From Clostridia bacterium (GTDB taxonomy: Bacteria; Bacillota; Clostridia; TANB77; CAG-465), in NCBI GenBank assembly GCA_045534225.1, contig JAZSJJ010000005.1:93712-157711 (forward strand): a stretch of DNA of 64,000 bases, in the 5' to 3' direction. The notes under the pieces were generated by a model. That model worked only from the letters and a program-made list of their open reading frames with translations, was not told the DNA's origin and did not search any database. Numbering within the stretch: position 1 is the stretch's first letter; each line of letters begins with the position of its first letter. The position numbers and the translations under genes are program-made. This document shows positions 17,256-28,457 of the stretch, in pieces.

Positions 17256-17278
17256 ATTTAAATAATAAATTTGTTATA

Positions 17279-19702
17279 TTATTCTGCTCTAACAGTAATT
17301 CCAAATCTGTTATTTAAAGATTTAACAATAGAATCTACTTTGCTGTTAATTTGTTCAGAAGTAAGCATTCCATCATCATTAGAAAGTCTAAGTCTTAATA
17401 CTATAGATTTCTTTCCTTCAGGAATTTGGTTTCCTCTGTATTCTTCAATAAATTCTACTTCTTTAACTTTAGCTTTAATTGTAGAGTGGATGTTCTCCCA
17501 AGTTGTAGCTTCATCTACAAGTAAAGATAAGTCTTTTTCTACTAGAGGTAATACTGGTAAGTGTTCAAATTCATTTGTTCTAGAAGCAAATGGAACAAGT
17601 TTACCAAAGTCTAATTCAAATACAGCTACATTAGTACGTTTAATCTTGCTATCCATCATTGTTTGAACGGATACTAGACTTAATGTACCAACTTTTTCAT
17701 CACCGCGCATAATATCTAAGTATGCGTTAACATCTGCCCAAGAAGGTCTTTCTCCTTGTTTAAATGTTAATCCTTCCATATGTGTATATTCTGACATGTT
17801 TTCTATAGCACCTTTAGCTTCGTAGAAGATTGCTTTAGCATCTTTGCCAACTACAACACCTGTTAAGTATTTCTTGTGTACAGGTAATGTTTCGTTTTCT
17901 GAAGATGGGTGGTATTCACCTTTTTCAAATACTTGAGCCATTTCAAACATTTTGAAGTTTGTCATATATCTAAGGTTTTTAGAAATTGCTTCTAACATAC
18001 CAGGTACAAGTGAACTTCTTAAAATTGCACTTTCTGGAGAAGGTGGAGTAGCTAGTTTAATAGATTTTGATACATCTATTTTAGCTGCGTAAATATATTT
18101 ATCTTCTATCCAAGGATAAGTAAATATTTCATTAAATCCACATCTATATGCTAAATATTCTCTTAATCTTCTTTCAAGAAGTACATTGTTTTGATGAACT
18201 GCGTGTTCAAAGTTAACTGGTAATGGTTTAGCTTCAAAAGATTCAAAGCTTAATAGTCTTGCTATATCTCCCATAACGTCATCTTTAAGAGATACATCAC
18301 CAGTAGATCTCCATACAGGAACTGTTACATGGTATACGCTGCCATCAAAATCTATATCGTATCCAACTGCTGTTAAAACTTTAATAATAGTTTCGCTAGG
18401 TATTACTTTACCTAGTCTAACATCTAAGAATTCTTGTTCTACATCAATTTTTTCTCTTTCAGTTTTAACTGGGTAAACATCATTGTATGCTACAACTTTA
18501 GATTCAGGGAATAATTCCTTAAATAATATTAAAGCCATATCTCTACCTAAATCTACACGTTCAGTGTCTATGTTCTTTTCATATCTAATAGATGAATCTG
18601 TTTTTTCATCAAATCTTTTACCAGTTTTTCTAATTGTTTTAGCTGTGAAGTTTGCAACTTCAAGTAAAACACCAGTAGTTTCTGGAAGTATTGAATCTTT
18701 CTTACCACCACGGATACCAGCAAGAGCTAGTGCAGATTCTGTATCTGCTATTACTAAATCGTCTTCTGTTAGGTCTATGCAGTTATCGTCTAGAAGAAGT
18801 AATTGTTCACCAGCGTTTGCATTTCTTACAACTATTTTTTCTCCTTTAACATGTGTTATATCAAAAGCGTGAGTAGGTTGACCTACTGCAAGCATAACAT
18901 AGTTTGTTATATCTACGATTGCATTAATTGGTCTCATACCACCATTTATTAATGCTGTTTTCATCCACATAGGAGATTCTTTTTCATATACATTTGCTAT
19001 TTCTACACCAACATAACGTTGACATTTTGTGGGTTCTAATATTTCTACATTGTATTTAGGTAATGTGCTATCTATTTCCACTTTATCTAATTCTTTTAAT
19101 GGTACATCATATATACAAGATAATTCTCTTGCCATACCATAATGTCCCCAAAGGTCCGGTCTGTTTGTTAAAGATTTGTTATCTATTTCAATAACTGTAT
19201 CGTTCATCTCTATAACATCTGCTATGTTATCTCCTGGCTTGCAGTCAACACCTTTTAGGTCAACTATTGCGTGATCATTTTCAGGTGGAAATAGTTTGTC
19301 TAAGAAAACTTCTTCAGCGCCGCATATCATACCATAAGAGTATTCACCGCGCATTTTAGTTTCTTTAATTACAACAGGTTCACCTTCACCATGCCAAACA
19401 ACTTCAGCACCTGGCTTAGAAACTACAACCATTTCACCTTCGTATAGGTTTGAACCACCACATACGATTTGAACGGGTTCATTAAGACCAATATCTACTA
19501 TACATATTCTTAATGCATCTGCATTAGGATGTGCTTTTATTTCTAAGATTTTACCTACAACAATATCGTGAAATTTTTCTGCAGTATTTTCTACACCTTC
19601 AACTTCAACTGTTCTTAATGTTAAATCATAAGCTATCTGTTTTGGAGTTATTGTGTCAGGTAAATCTATATATTTTTTAATCCAATTTAAAGATAATTTC
19701 AT
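17279..19702 (-). CDS. pheT: phenylalanine--tRNA ligase beta subunit
   Basis: 807 aa. N-terminal tRNA-binding, B3/B4 and B5 domain order, and operon position directly downstream of pheS. Confidence 0.9.
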   Translation of the reverse strand: MKLSLNWIKKYIDLPDTITPKQIAYDLTLRTVEVEGVENTAEKFHDIVVGKILEIKAHPNADALRICIVDIGLNEPVQIVCGGSNLYEGEMVVVSKPGAEVVWHGEGEPVVIKETKMRGEYSYGMICGAEEVFLDKLFPPENDHAIVDLKGVDCKPGDNIADVIEMNDTVIEIDNKSLTNRPDLWGHYGMARELSCIYDVPLKELDKVEIDSTLPKYNVEILEPTKCQRYVGVEIANVYEKESPMWMKTALINGGMRPINAIVDITNYVMLAVGQPTHAFDITHVKGEKIVVRNANAGEQLLLLDDNCIDLTEDDLVIADTESALALAGIRGGKKDSILPETTGVLLEVANFTAKTIRKTGKRFDEKTDSSIRYEKNIDTERVDLGRDMALILFKELFPESKVVAYNDVYPVKTEREKIDVEQEFLDVRLGKVIPSETIIKVLTAVGYDIDFDGSVYHVTVPVWRSTGDVSLKDDVMGDIARLLSFESFEAKPLPVNFEHAVHQNNVLLERRLREYLAYRCGFNEIFTYPWIEDKYIYAAKIDVSKSIKLATPPSPESAILRSSLVPGMLEAISKNLRYMTNFKMFEMAQVFEKGEYHPSSENETLPVHKKYLTGVVVGKDAKAIFYEAKGAIENMSEYTHMEGLTFKQGERPSWADVNAYLDIMRGDEKVGTLSLVSVQTMMDSKIKRTNVAVFELDFGKLVPFASRTNEFEHLPVLPLVEKDLSLLVDEATTWENIHSTIKAKVKEVEFIEEYRGNQIPEGKKSIVLRLRLSNDDGMLTSEQINSKVDSIVKSLNNRFGITVRAE

Positions 19703-19715
19703 TGTAATCTCCTTT

Positions 19716-20759
19716 CTACTTGAACTCTCTTAAGAATCTTAAATCTCCGCTGTGGAATAGTCTTACATCATCTACACCATAACGCATCATTACAAGTCTA
19801 TCTAGTCCAATGTTGATATAGAAACCAGTCCATTCATTTGGATCAAGGTTTGCAGATTTAAGTACGTTTGGATGTATAACACCACCTGGCATAACTTCAA
19901 TCCAACCATTGTGGTTACATACTTTACAACCTTTACCACCACAAACTAGACATTCCATATCTATTTCGTATCCTGGTTCTGTGAATGGGAAGAAACCTTC
20001 ACGCATTCTAACATTAATTTTTTTACCGAATACTTTTTCTAGTATTGTTTGTATCATAACCATACCAGATGAGAAAGATATATTCTTATCTACTATTAAT
20101 GCTTCATATTGGAAGAAAGCTCTTTCGTGTCTAGCATCTGTAGATTCGTTTCTATATACTCTTCCTGGATATACAAATCTAGCTGGGGCACCATGTTTTA
20201 ATAAATATCTTACTGAACCACCAGTTAAATGTGGTCTTAAACATAATCTTTCAGTACCAGATTTTTCTTCTGTTCCTTCTATCCAATATGTATCCATAGA
20301 TTGACGAGCTGGATGGTCTGGTGCGAAGTTAAGGTTATCGAAAGCATACTTTTCGCTTGAAATATCATCTTCGCTATATACTTCAAAGCCTAGTGACGTA
20401 AACGCATCGTTTAAGTCATAGCACATTTGAGTAATAGGGTGTAGAGCACCACCGCTTACCTTAGTTCCAGGTAATGTTAAATCTAGTGGTTCGTCTAATA
20501 CACTTTTAGAAGCAATTAATGCTGCTTCTTTTTCGTTAAGTTTAGTTTCAAATGTAGTTTTTATCTCACTAATTTTCATACCAACTTGTTTACGTGCCTC
20601 AGCATCTAAACTACCCATAGATTTAGATACTTCAGAAAGTGGACTTTTCTTACCAGTTAATTCTCTACGAACATCTTGAAGTTCTTCTACTGTTTTTGTA
20701 GCTTCAATTTGTTCTAAACCAGCTTTAAGAATATTATCCATGTTTTGTAATATTTCCAT
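19716..20759 (-). CDS. pheS: phenylalanine--tRNA ligase alpha subunit
   Basis: 347 aa with a class II aaRS core (FPFTEPG ... GWIEVMPGG); adjacent to pheT. Confidence 0.9.
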   Translation of the reverse strand: MEILQNMDNILKAGLEQIEATKTVEELQDVRRELTGKKSPLSEVSKSMGSLDAEARKQVGMKISEIKTTFETKLNEKEAALIASKSVLDEPLDLTLPGTKVSGGALHPITQMCYDLNDAFTSLGFEVYSEDDISSEKYAFDNLNFAPDHPARQSMDTYWIEGTEEKSGTERLCLRPHLTGGSVRYLLKHGAPARFVYPGRVYRNESTDARHERAFFQYEALIVDKNISFSSGMVMIQTILEKVFGKKINVRMREGFFPFTEPGYEIDMECLVCGGKGCKVCNHNGWIEVMPGGVIHPNVLKSANLDPNEWTGFYINIGLDRLVMMRYGVDDVRLFHSGDLRFLREFK

Positions 20760-20769
20760 TAAATTTTCC

Positions 20770-21050
20770 TCCTTATTTAATACATAATAAAAAAGTCATC
20801 TCATCCTAGATTAGGACGAAATGACTTTGCTTCCGTGGTACCACCTAAATTCGTTACATTGTAACGCACTTAACAAGCTATAACGGGCCTTAGCCGACTC
20901 AATCTACTGTTAGTTCAAAAGAGCACCTCGAAAGTGAAATTTCGGTTTAAGTATATTAGCAGGCTTACAGCCGGTGACCCGCATTCTCTAGAATATATTC
21001 TCTTAAACTTACTTTGCTTTGTCTTAGGTTTTATATATTCAAAACTAGTT
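20770..21050 (-). ncRNA. T-box riboswitch leader (Phe specifier) upstream of pheS-pheT
   Basis: On the minus strand, the conserved T-box sequence aatttaGGTGGTACCacgg is followed by a terminator hairpin (aagtcatttcgtcctaatctaggatgagatgactttttt). A candidate specifier UUC-A lies in gaaatttcac. Confidence 0.7.
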
Positions 21051-21129
21051 ATTATTATATCACAAAAGAAAATAAATGCAAGTAGTATAAATAAAATACA
21101 GGCCTAGATATTTCTAGACCTGCATTCTG

Positions 21130-21507
21130 TTAGATAACGTGAACGATGTAACAACTGTTAAGGGTATAGATTTTATATCCTTTGTTGTTTATTTGCTCTA
21201 CGCTTCTAACGCGTGAAGTGAGTACGGTAGTACGAGAATATTTATTACCATCTGGTAACTGTTCGTAACAAAGAAACCGCTCGCCAATTTTAGGCGGCTT
21301 AGTTGCAATTACAAGTCCGACTTTAACATCATCAAACCAAATGGAGTTAAAATAGCCGTCTACTCCTTTTAATGTGTAATTGGTTTGGCATTCTCCTACG
21401 TCTTTAGATACCACTTCGTAAAATTCTCCTTCTTTAAGGAGCGTTGGGGAACTGCAAGATGTATATGTAGCAGTGCCGCCGTTGTACTTAACTAATCTAG
21501 TAGCCAT
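21130..21507 (-). CDS. hypothetical protein with atypical composition
   Basis: 125-aa ORF with about 40% GC and GC-ending codons, unlike its neighbours. No motif recognised. Confidence 0.45.
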   Translation of the reverse strand: MATRLVKYNGGTATYTSCSSPTLLKEGEFYEVVSKDVGECQTNYTLKGVDGYFNSIWFDDVKVGLVIATKPPKIGERFLCYEQLPDGNKYSRTTVLTSRVRSVEQINNKGYKIYTLNSCYIVHVI

Positions 21508-21641
21508 TTAAACCTCCTTTTAGCCAATTAGTACGATACAACCACATAGTTAGTAGTTAGTTTAATTTAATAACGCAAATATTATATCACAAATTTAGTA
21601 ATAAGTCTACATAAGAGACATAGTATGTATTAGGTGATTTT

Positions 21642-22193
21642 ATGAATTATGAATTAGCAAACAAATTAGATTTTGAAAAGGAATTTAAGATAAACAAACC
21701 ATATCCCGAAATAATGGTAACCAGTTTACCTTTTGAAGTAATAGCTAAAATTAAAAAACTTTATGCGGATAGAAGAAGTGAACTAACTAGCGTTATGCAA
21801 TACATTTACCAACATTTTATACTTGGTTCCGCAGAAGGCTTAGATAATATATCTCATGCGATGGAAGATATAGCTGTAAAAGAAATGGAACATTATGAAA
21901 TGCTAGCTAAGATATTAGTTGGTTGTGGGGTAGATCCAAAGAATTGTGTGTACATAGATAATAATATAGATATTTGTGACTATTGGAAAGCTAGCTATGT
22001 AAATTATACAAGAGATTTTATAGATATATTTGAAAAAGATATTATACTTGAACAAGCAGGAATAAATTCATATCTTGAATTAGTAGAAATGACAGATAAC
22101 GAAAATTTGAAAGAAATTATAGATAGAATAATTGAAGATGAAAAGTCTCATATTGCATATTTTAAGGCTGTGCTAGAACTAGTTAAAAAATAA
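21642..22193 (+). CDS. CotJC-like manganese-catalase-family (ferritin-like) spore coat protein
   Basis: Collinear with B. subtilis CotJC (ELTSVMQYIYQHF ... EMEHYEMLAKIL ... EDEKSHIAYFKAVLE, versus ELAAALRYLNQRY ... EEFAHLEMIATMV ... REREIVHSMRFREAVE). Confidence 0.6.
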   Translation: MNYELANKLDFEKEFKINKPYPEIMVTSLPFEVIAKIKKLYADRRSELTSVMQYIYQHFILGSAEGLDNISHAMEDIAVKEMEHYEMLAKILVGCGVDPKNCVYIDNNIDICDYWKASYVNYTRDFIDIFEKDIILEQAGINSYLELVEMTDNENLKEIIDRIIEDEKSHIAYFKAVLELVKK

Positions 22194-22264
22194 TGAAATC
22201 TTATATTGAAAAATCTCCAAATCTTTGATATAATAGCTCTGTCGTAGTATGGAGGGAGTATTAA

Positions 22265-22684
22265 ATGGAGAATGATAAGAAGTTCACTTCTGAAATGTTT
22301 GGATATGCTAAAAAGGAAGTTGAAGAATATATAAAGGAACTTAAGTCAGATTATGAAGGCAGATTACAAGTTGAGAAGGCAGAAGTAAACAGACTTTCTA
22401 ACGAAATAACTATCATAAGAAAGAAACTTGAAAGATATGATAGTGAATATCTACAAAAACAAGAAAAAGTTGCTAATGCTTTAATTACTGCAGAAGACCA
22501 ATCTAAAGCGATTGTTGAGAGCGCAAGACAAGAAGCTATTAGCGAGAAAAATAGAATTGAAGCTTTAATTGAAGCTGAAAAAGAAAAACTATTAGATATT
22601 AAAAAAGAAGTAATCGGATTAAAAGAAAGAACAATAAGTGTTCTTGAAAAATATAACACTGCAATGTCAGATCTTTTAGAATAA
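22265..22684 (+). CDS. DivIVA-domain protein
   Basis: N-terminal DivIVA signature F..GY..EVEEYI..L..DYE followed by a coiled coil. Confidence 0.6.
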   Translation: MENDKKFTSEMFGYAKKEVEEYIKELKSDYEGRLQVEKAEVNRLSNEITIIRKKLERYDSEYLQKQEKVANALITAEDQSKAIVESARQEAISEKNRIEALIEAEKEKLLDIKKEVIGLKERTISVLEKYNTAMSDLLE

Positions 22685-22737
22685 TTTAAGCATAAAATAA
22701 AACTAACCGTAATAACATAGAGTAAGGTGATGAGTCT

Positions 22738-23901
22738 ATGGATAACGCGGTTAGTTTTTTTAATGCCGTTTTAAGTAAAATAAAAGATATAAAAAATAAA
22801 ATATATAAATATTTGCATGTTAGTACATCTTTAACATTTGGTGCAAGTATGTTAACAATTTTAGGAATAGCATTATTAAGAACACCTAAGTTATATAACG
22901 GACTTTTTATGTTTGCGACAAACGTAAGAGAAAAAACAGATATAAACCTAGATATGACTGCGTTTCTTAAAGCTTATCCTGTGCTTAATGTGGACAATTA
23001 TGTATTAGCAGAGAAAGAAATAGAAGAAAAAGTGGATAAAGACGAAAACAAGGCTATTACCAAAGAAGAAATCGTTCAATCACAGGATACAAGCTTGTTT
23101 GATGCATCGGCAGTAGATGTAAATTCGGATAATATTGTATTAGAAGAATCTGACGCAGTAAAAAAGAGTGCAAAAACATATACAAGAATAGATATAGATG
23201 GGGTAACAATACTAGATTATTCTTCGAAGAAAATAAATTATGAAGAAATAATGGATATGGAACTTGATTTGAAAAAGTCAGACGATATGGTGTTGATGTA
23301 TTCAACACATACTTCGGAAACATATACAAACAGTGATACATATAAGTTTGGATATTCTGGAACGTATAGAACAAAAGATGCAAAATATAATATGTTATCT
23401 GTCGCACATATATTAAATAAAACATTAAATGAAAAAGGAATAGCAACCATATTCGATACAACACCTCATGATTATGTTTCGTATAACAATGCATATAAAA
23501 ACTCTATGAAAACATTAAATAAAAATCTTGAAGAATATTCGCATTTTGGCCTTGTAATAGATGTGCATAGAGACGCATCTGGTGACTTAACATTTGGACC
23601 AGAAACAAAAATAAATGGTAAAAATACAGCAAAGCTTATGATAGTAATAGGTGTAGGCTATCAAAGTCTAGAAAATAAATATTGGAAAGAAAATTTAAGT
23701 ACGGCTTTAAAAATAGCAAAGATTGGTGAAGCAATGTATCCAGGACTTTTTAGACATATCCTAGTTAGAGATTCTAGATATAACCAACATCTTGAAGATG
23801 GGAGTATATTAATAGAAGTAGGTGCAACAGGAAATACCTTAGAAGAAGCATATTATGCAGCTAGATGTTTAGGAAATATAATAGGTAAATTATATAAGTA
23901 A
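22738..23901 (+). CDS. spoIIP: stage II sporulation protein P
   Basis: SpoIIP-family core (SVAHILNKTLNEKGI ... GLVIDVHRDASGD) and an N-terminal transmembrane segment. Confidence 0.75.
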   Translation: MDNAVSFFNAVLSKIKDIKNKIYKYLHVSTSLTFGASMLTILGIALLRTPKLYNGLFMFATNVREKTDINLDMTAFLKAYPVLNVDNYVLAEKEIEEKVDKDENKAITKEEIVQSQDTSLFDASAVDVNSDNIVLEESDAVKKSAKTYTRIDIDGVTILDYSSKKINYEEIMDMELDLKKSDDMVLMYSTHTSETYTNSDTYKFGYSGTYRTKDAKYNMLSVAHILNKTLNEKGIATIFDTTPHDYVSYNNAYKNSMKTLNKNLEEYSHFGLVIDVHRDASGDLTFGPETKINGKNTAKLMIVIGVGYQSLENKYWKENLSTALKIAKIGEAMYPGLFRHILVRDSRYNQHLEDGSILIEVGATGNTLEEAYYAARCLGNIIGKLYK

Positions 23902-24088
23902 TATGCATAAATTGCCGTAATTTGTTTTTTTATCTCCATTTACTTGCAATTGAGAAGGATAAATTATATAATATGGTTAGGCAAAATGTAATTTGACAGA
24001 AATTGTATAAACAATGTCAAAATTAATATAGATAAAAGTTATATAGATTAGATATTGTACTTTGAAAATTTAATATGGAGGTAACAAA

Positions 24089-25636
24089 ATGACAGGTATA
24101 ATCATAGCAATTGTCGCTACACTTGTTGTTGCTGTACCTACATCTGTTTTAGTAACAAGTTCGCAAAAGAAAAAACAAGATGCTCGTGACTTAGAAAGTG
24201 CGGAAAACAGATCAAAGAAAATGATCGAAGATGCTAAACAAGAAGCTGAAAGAATCAAGAAAGATGCAATGATTGAGGCGAAAGATGAGGTAATCAAGCA
24301 AAAAGAAGAAGCAGACAAAGAGATTAAACAAAAGAAAGCCGAAATAGAAAAAGCAGAACAAAGAGTAAATCAAAGACAAGATTTAGTAGATAAAAGATTT
24401 GATTTAATCGAGGAAAAAGAAATAAGCTTTTCTATGAAGCAACAAGCATTAGAGAAGAAAGAAAAAGAACTAGAAAACTCATTCAAAAAAGAAGAAGAGG
24501 AATTAGTTAGAATCTCTAGACTTTCAGTAGAAGATGCTAAACGTGAGTTAATGGCTAGACTGGAAGATGACATGAAAACAGAAATGGCAAACTACATAGT
24601 AGACGCTCAAGCTAAAGCTAAATTTGAAGTAGATAAAAAAGCTAAACAAATGTTAGTTGGAGCAATTCAAAGATGCGCTGCTGACCATACTTCTGAAGCA
24701 ACTATATCAGTTGTAAATCTGCCAAGTGATGATATGAAAGGTAGAATTATAGGAAGAGAAGGTAGAAACATTAAATCTATTGAAACATTAACAGGAATAG
24801 ATATCATAATAGATGATACACCAGATGTTATAGTATTATCTAGCTTTGATCCAATCCGTAGAGAAGTAGCTCGTCTTGCAATTGAAAGATTAATTGCAGA
24901 TGGAAGAATACATCCAGGTAAGATTGAAGAAACAATAGAAAAAGCAAAAGTAGAAGTAGCAAATACAGTTAAGGAAGAAGGAGAAAGAGCTCTTTATGAA
25001 ACAGGAGTTATTAATCTTCATCCAGACCTAATTCAATTATTAGGTAAGTTAAGATATAGAACAAGTTATGGACAAAATGTTCTTAACCACTCTATTGAAG
25101 TAGCACATATAGCTGGACTTCTAGCATCAGAATTAGGATTAGATGTAGCTTTAGCAAAACGTGCCGGTCTTCTTCATGATATTGGTAAATCAGTAGACCA
25201 TGAAGCTGAAGGAACACACGTAGAACTAGGTGTAGAAATCCTTAAGAGATACAAAGAATCTGATGCGGTTATTAATGCAGTAGCAGCTCACCACGGCGAC
25301 TGTGAACCAACTACAATGGAAGCTGTATTAATTCAAGCAGCAGACGCAGTATCTGCATCAAGACCTGGTGCAAGACGTGAAACTGTAGATACATATATCA
25401 AGAGATTACAAAAACTTGAAGAAATTTGTGATGGATATAAAGGTGTAGATAAATCTTATGCTATCCAAGCAGGTAGAGAAGTAAGAATTATTGTTAAACC
25501 AGAACAAGTAGATGATTCTGCTGCAACAATTATGGCAAGAAATATTGCTAAACAAATTGAAGCAGAAATGAATTATCCAGGACAAATTAAAGTAAATGTA
25601 ATTCGTGAAACAAGAGCAGTTGAACTTGCAAAATAA
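24089..25636 (+). CDS. rny: ribonuclease Y
   Basis: N-terminal transmembrane helix, a coiled coil rich in Lys and Glu, a KH domain ([12 protein letters not shown]) and an HD domain (LLHDIGK). Confidence 0.9.
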   Translation: MTGIIIAIVATLVVAVPTSVLVTSSQKKKQDARDLESAENRSKKMIEDAKQEAERIKKDAMIEAKDEVIKQKEEADKEIKQKKAEIEKAEQRVNQRQDLVDKRFDLIEEKEISFSMKQQALEKKEKELENSFKKEEEELVRISRLSVEDAKRELMARLEDDMKTEMANYIVDAQAKAKFEVDKKAKQMLVGAIQRCAADHTSEATISVVNLPSDDMKGRIIGREGRNIKSIETLTGIDIIIDDTPDVIVLSSFDPIRREVARLAIERLIADGRIHPGKIEETIEKAKVEVANTVKEEGERALYETGVINLHPDLIQLLGKLRYRTSYGQNVLNHSIEVAHIAGLLASELGLDVALAKRAGLLHDIGKSVDHEAEGTHVELGVEILKRYKESDAVINAVAAHHGDCEPTTMEAVLIQAADAVSASRPGARRETVDTYIKRLQKLEEICDGYKGVDKSYAIQAGREVRIIVKPEQVDDSAATIMARNIAKQIEAEMNYPGQIKVNVIRETRAVELAK

Positions 25637-25768
25637 AATGAATTAAATAACAAAACGCCATCAACGAAAGTTGAAGGCGTTTTTTAGTTGTAAATTTACA
25701 TAAAAAGTGGTATAATGTGAACGTTAGTATAAATTTCTTATCCAAGTAATTACGAAGGAGGTTTAGGC

Positions 25769-26365
25769 ATGTTTAGGAAGAAGGCATTTATATATAACTG
25801 GTGGGTTGGAACTAAGTCTGAACGGAATTGTTTTGTAGATATTTTCTCGAAAGAATGTGTTACAAAGGATTGCATTGTTGTAGGGCAAGTACATTCTCCT
25901 TTTTATGATATGGAAACAAGTAGAAATCCTGTCATAAAGGTAACTAAAAGAGGGATAATAACAGCAAGCGGACGTTTTTACCCGTATTCTACAGCACACC
26001 CGTTATACTTAATGTACCTTAACGAAATTCATAGCAGTGAAAGAGGGATAGTAGCATTTAATTGGTGCGAAAGTAGAAAAGTGGAGAAACAAATTACAGC
26101 AGATGTTTTATTTCCAAATGGTGAATACAAGGAAAATATTACGTTTGATTTTGAGCCACTAATTGAACAACATCCAAATTTCTTAGGGTTTTCTCAGACG
26201 CTTCAAAGTAGGGTGGTTTTTAACACCTTTGATGTAAGACCGTTTAAGCCAGAGTATAAAGGCTGGATATCTCCTACTGAGGTTCGTGATTCTGCAGACA
26301 AATTTGCAGATTACAGAAAGGAAATTGTAAGAAGAACAACGAATCTTTTTAAGGCGATTAAATGA
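25769..26365 (+). CDS. hypothetical protein
   Basis: GGAGG RBS, 198 aa, somewhat elevated GC, and its own terminator at 26369-26409. Confidence 0.5.
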   Translation: MFRKKAFIYNWWVGTKSERNCFVDIFSKECVTKDCIVVGQVHSPFYDMETSRNPVIKVTKRGIITASGRFYPYSTAHPLYLMYLNEIHSSERGIVAFNWCESRKVEKQITADVLFPNGEYKENITFDFEPLIEQHPNFLGFSQTLQSRVVFNTFDVRPFKPEYKGWISPTEVRDSADKFADYRKEIVRRTTNLFKAIK

Positions 26366-26368
26366 ACA

Positions 26369-26409
26369 AAAAGCACAACTTAAACTAATATTTAAGTTGT
26401 GCTTTTTGT
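26369..26409 (+). terminator. rho-independent terminator
   Basis: Hairpin aaaagcacaacttaaa-ctaatat-ttaagttgtgcttttt. Confidence 0.75.
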
Positions 26410-26538
26410 TATCTATTTTTACTTTGCAATCTGTTCTTACAATTTAATGTATTGTATTAAAGAGGACATTATTGTAATTTATAGATGTTTTGTAATATAA
26501 TGAAATGGTAAACAAATAACAAAAGAAAAGGTGAAAGA

Positions 26539-27834
26539 ATGATAGATATAAACGCATATTTTGACAACTCATATCGTGGAAGTAAAAATCCGGATTTAGG
26601 AAAGATAAAGGAATTCTTAAAGTTATATGATAGTCCTGAGACTAAACTTAAATGCATACATATTGCAGGAACTAACGGAAAAGGAAGTTGTACGGAAATG
26701 GTAAGTAACATCCTTGAAAAACAAGGTTATACAGTAGGTAAGTTCATAACGCCACATTTAATAAACTATAATGAAAGAATTAGTGTAAATAGCGTGCATA
26801 TAACGGACGAAGAACTAGAGCAAATGATACTAGAATTGCAGCCCAAAATGGATGAATTTGCTATAAACACAGGTGTAAAGCTATCATATTTTGAGATAAT
26901 AACAATAATTGCATTTATATATTATACAAGAAAAAATGTAGATTTTGCAGTTTTAGAAACGGGCTTAGGTGGAAGAGACGATGCAACTAATATAATAACA
27001 AATACACTTGTATCAATAATATCTTCTGTAGATTATGATCATATAAAATTATTAGGTGGTACGCTTACGGAAATAGCTACAAAGAAAGCAGGAATAATTA
27101 AACCTAATTCTCATACAGTAGTGTATAAAATGAAAGACGAAGTGATGTATGTAATAAATGAGAAGTGTAAAAAAGAAAACAATACATTACATATATTAGA
27201 TTCTAACAATATAAAAGGATATATATATAATGAAGATTATCAATATTTTGATTACACTACAATACCAAATGTAGCAGTAAATCTAAAAGGTAAGAAGCAA
27301 GTAGAAAATGCTTGTATGTGTATTGAAGCAATGAACATACTTAACAGTTTAGGATATAAAGTTTCAAATGAAGCTATATATGAAGGGTTAAGAACAGTAG
27401 TACATAAAGCAAGAATGGAAAAGATATCTGAGTTTCCAGATATATATTATGATGGTGCGCACAATGCTCCCGCAATGAGAATATTCCTAGATATGATGGA
27501 AATGTACTATAAAGAAGAGAAAAGAATATACATTGTATCAATATTAAAAAGAAAAGATTATGCGAAGATGTTAAAAATACTTTTAGAAGATAAAGATGCA
27601 ACAATAATATTAACATCTGGTGCTGACGATAAAAAATATGCTACTTCACAAACGTTATACGAAGAGGCATTAAAAAATAACAGAGGTCCAAATGTATTAA
27701 TGAAATCTTTAGATGAAGCATTAGAATATGCATTTACTAAAAAATTGGATTCAACATCTTTTGTAATAGGAAGCTTTTATGTATATGGAAAGGTTATAAA
27801 TAAGATTAAAGAATTAAAAGAAAAAATGTCGTAA
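26539..27834 (+). CDS. folC: bifunctional folylpolyglutamate synthase / dihydrofolate synthase
   Basis: Mur-ligase-type P-loop (IHIAGTNGKGS) and FolC length and architecture. Confidence 0.85.
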   Translation: MIDINAYFDNSYRGSKNPDLGKIKEFLKLYDSPETKLKCIHIAGTNGKGSCTEMVSNILEKQGYTVGKFITPHLINYNERISVNSVHITDEELEQMILELQPKMDEFAINTGVKLSYFEIITIIAFIYYTRKNVDFAVLETGLGGRDDATNIITNTLVSIISSVDYDHIKLLGGTLTEIATKKAGIIKPNSHTVVYKMKDEVMYVINEKCKKENNTLHILDSNNIKGYIYNEDYQYFDYTTIPNVAVNLKGKKQVENACMCIEAMNILNSLGYKVSNEAIYEGLRTVVHKARMEKISEFPDIYYDGAHNAPAMRIFLDMMEMYYKEEKRIYIVSILKRKDYAKMLKILLEDKDATIILTSGADDKKYATSQTLYEEALKNNRGPNVLMKSLDEALEYAFTKKLDSTSFVIGSFYVYGKVINKIKELKEKMS

Positions 27835-27981
27835 AATGTAAATGAATACTTTGCTAGAGTGGCAAGGTGTTCATTTGTTTTTTTAATAAACTAATTAATA
27901 CATGTTTACAGCAAAAATATAAATCGTTAAAATGTAAGTATAGTTATTCTTAGCAAACACATAATAGTTTTGGTGATGTTT

Positions 27982-28446
27982 ATGAGAATAAGATTATTAA
28001 AGAAAAATGAAATAAAAGAAGTAGCAAAACTTTTAATTGCGGCTTATGAAAGTGAAACAAAAGATAGAAGATGGAATGAGAAGTATGCAGAAAAGTATGT
28101 TTGGTTGTTATACAGAATGTGTAACAAATTGTGTTTTGTTGCCGTTGAGGAAGGTAAAATAGTAGGGGTTACATTAAATGTAATAATGCCAGAATTTAAC
28201 AAAGAAATAATAGAATCTAGGGTACTTGTAGTTCACCCAGAATATAGAAGAAAGAAAATAGGAACCAAATTAATTACTAGAGCATGTATAAAAGCTTTAA
28301 ATGACTATGGTGTAGAGGAAATAGAAAGCAGTATTTATACATTAACTAATTTCCCAATTACATGGTATGAGTGTCTGGGTTTTAGAACAAAGAAGTATTA
28401 TGAGGTTACAAGAGCAAATATAGCAAACATATTAAACAAAGTTTAA
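27982..28446 (+). CDS. GNAT family N-acetyltransferase
   Basis: Acetyl-CoA binding motif (VLVVHPEYRRKKIGTKLI). The start was placed at the ATG with a GGTGA RBS. Confidence 0.65.
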   Translation: MRIRLLKKNEIKEVAKLLIAAYESETKDRRWNEKYAEKYVWLLYRMCNKLCFVAVEEGKIVGVTLNVIMPEFNKEIIESRVLVVHPEYRRKKIGTKLITRACIKALNDYGVEEIESSIYTLTNFPITWYECLGFRTKKYYEVTRANIANILNKV

Positions 28447-28457
28447 TGTTTGCTATA

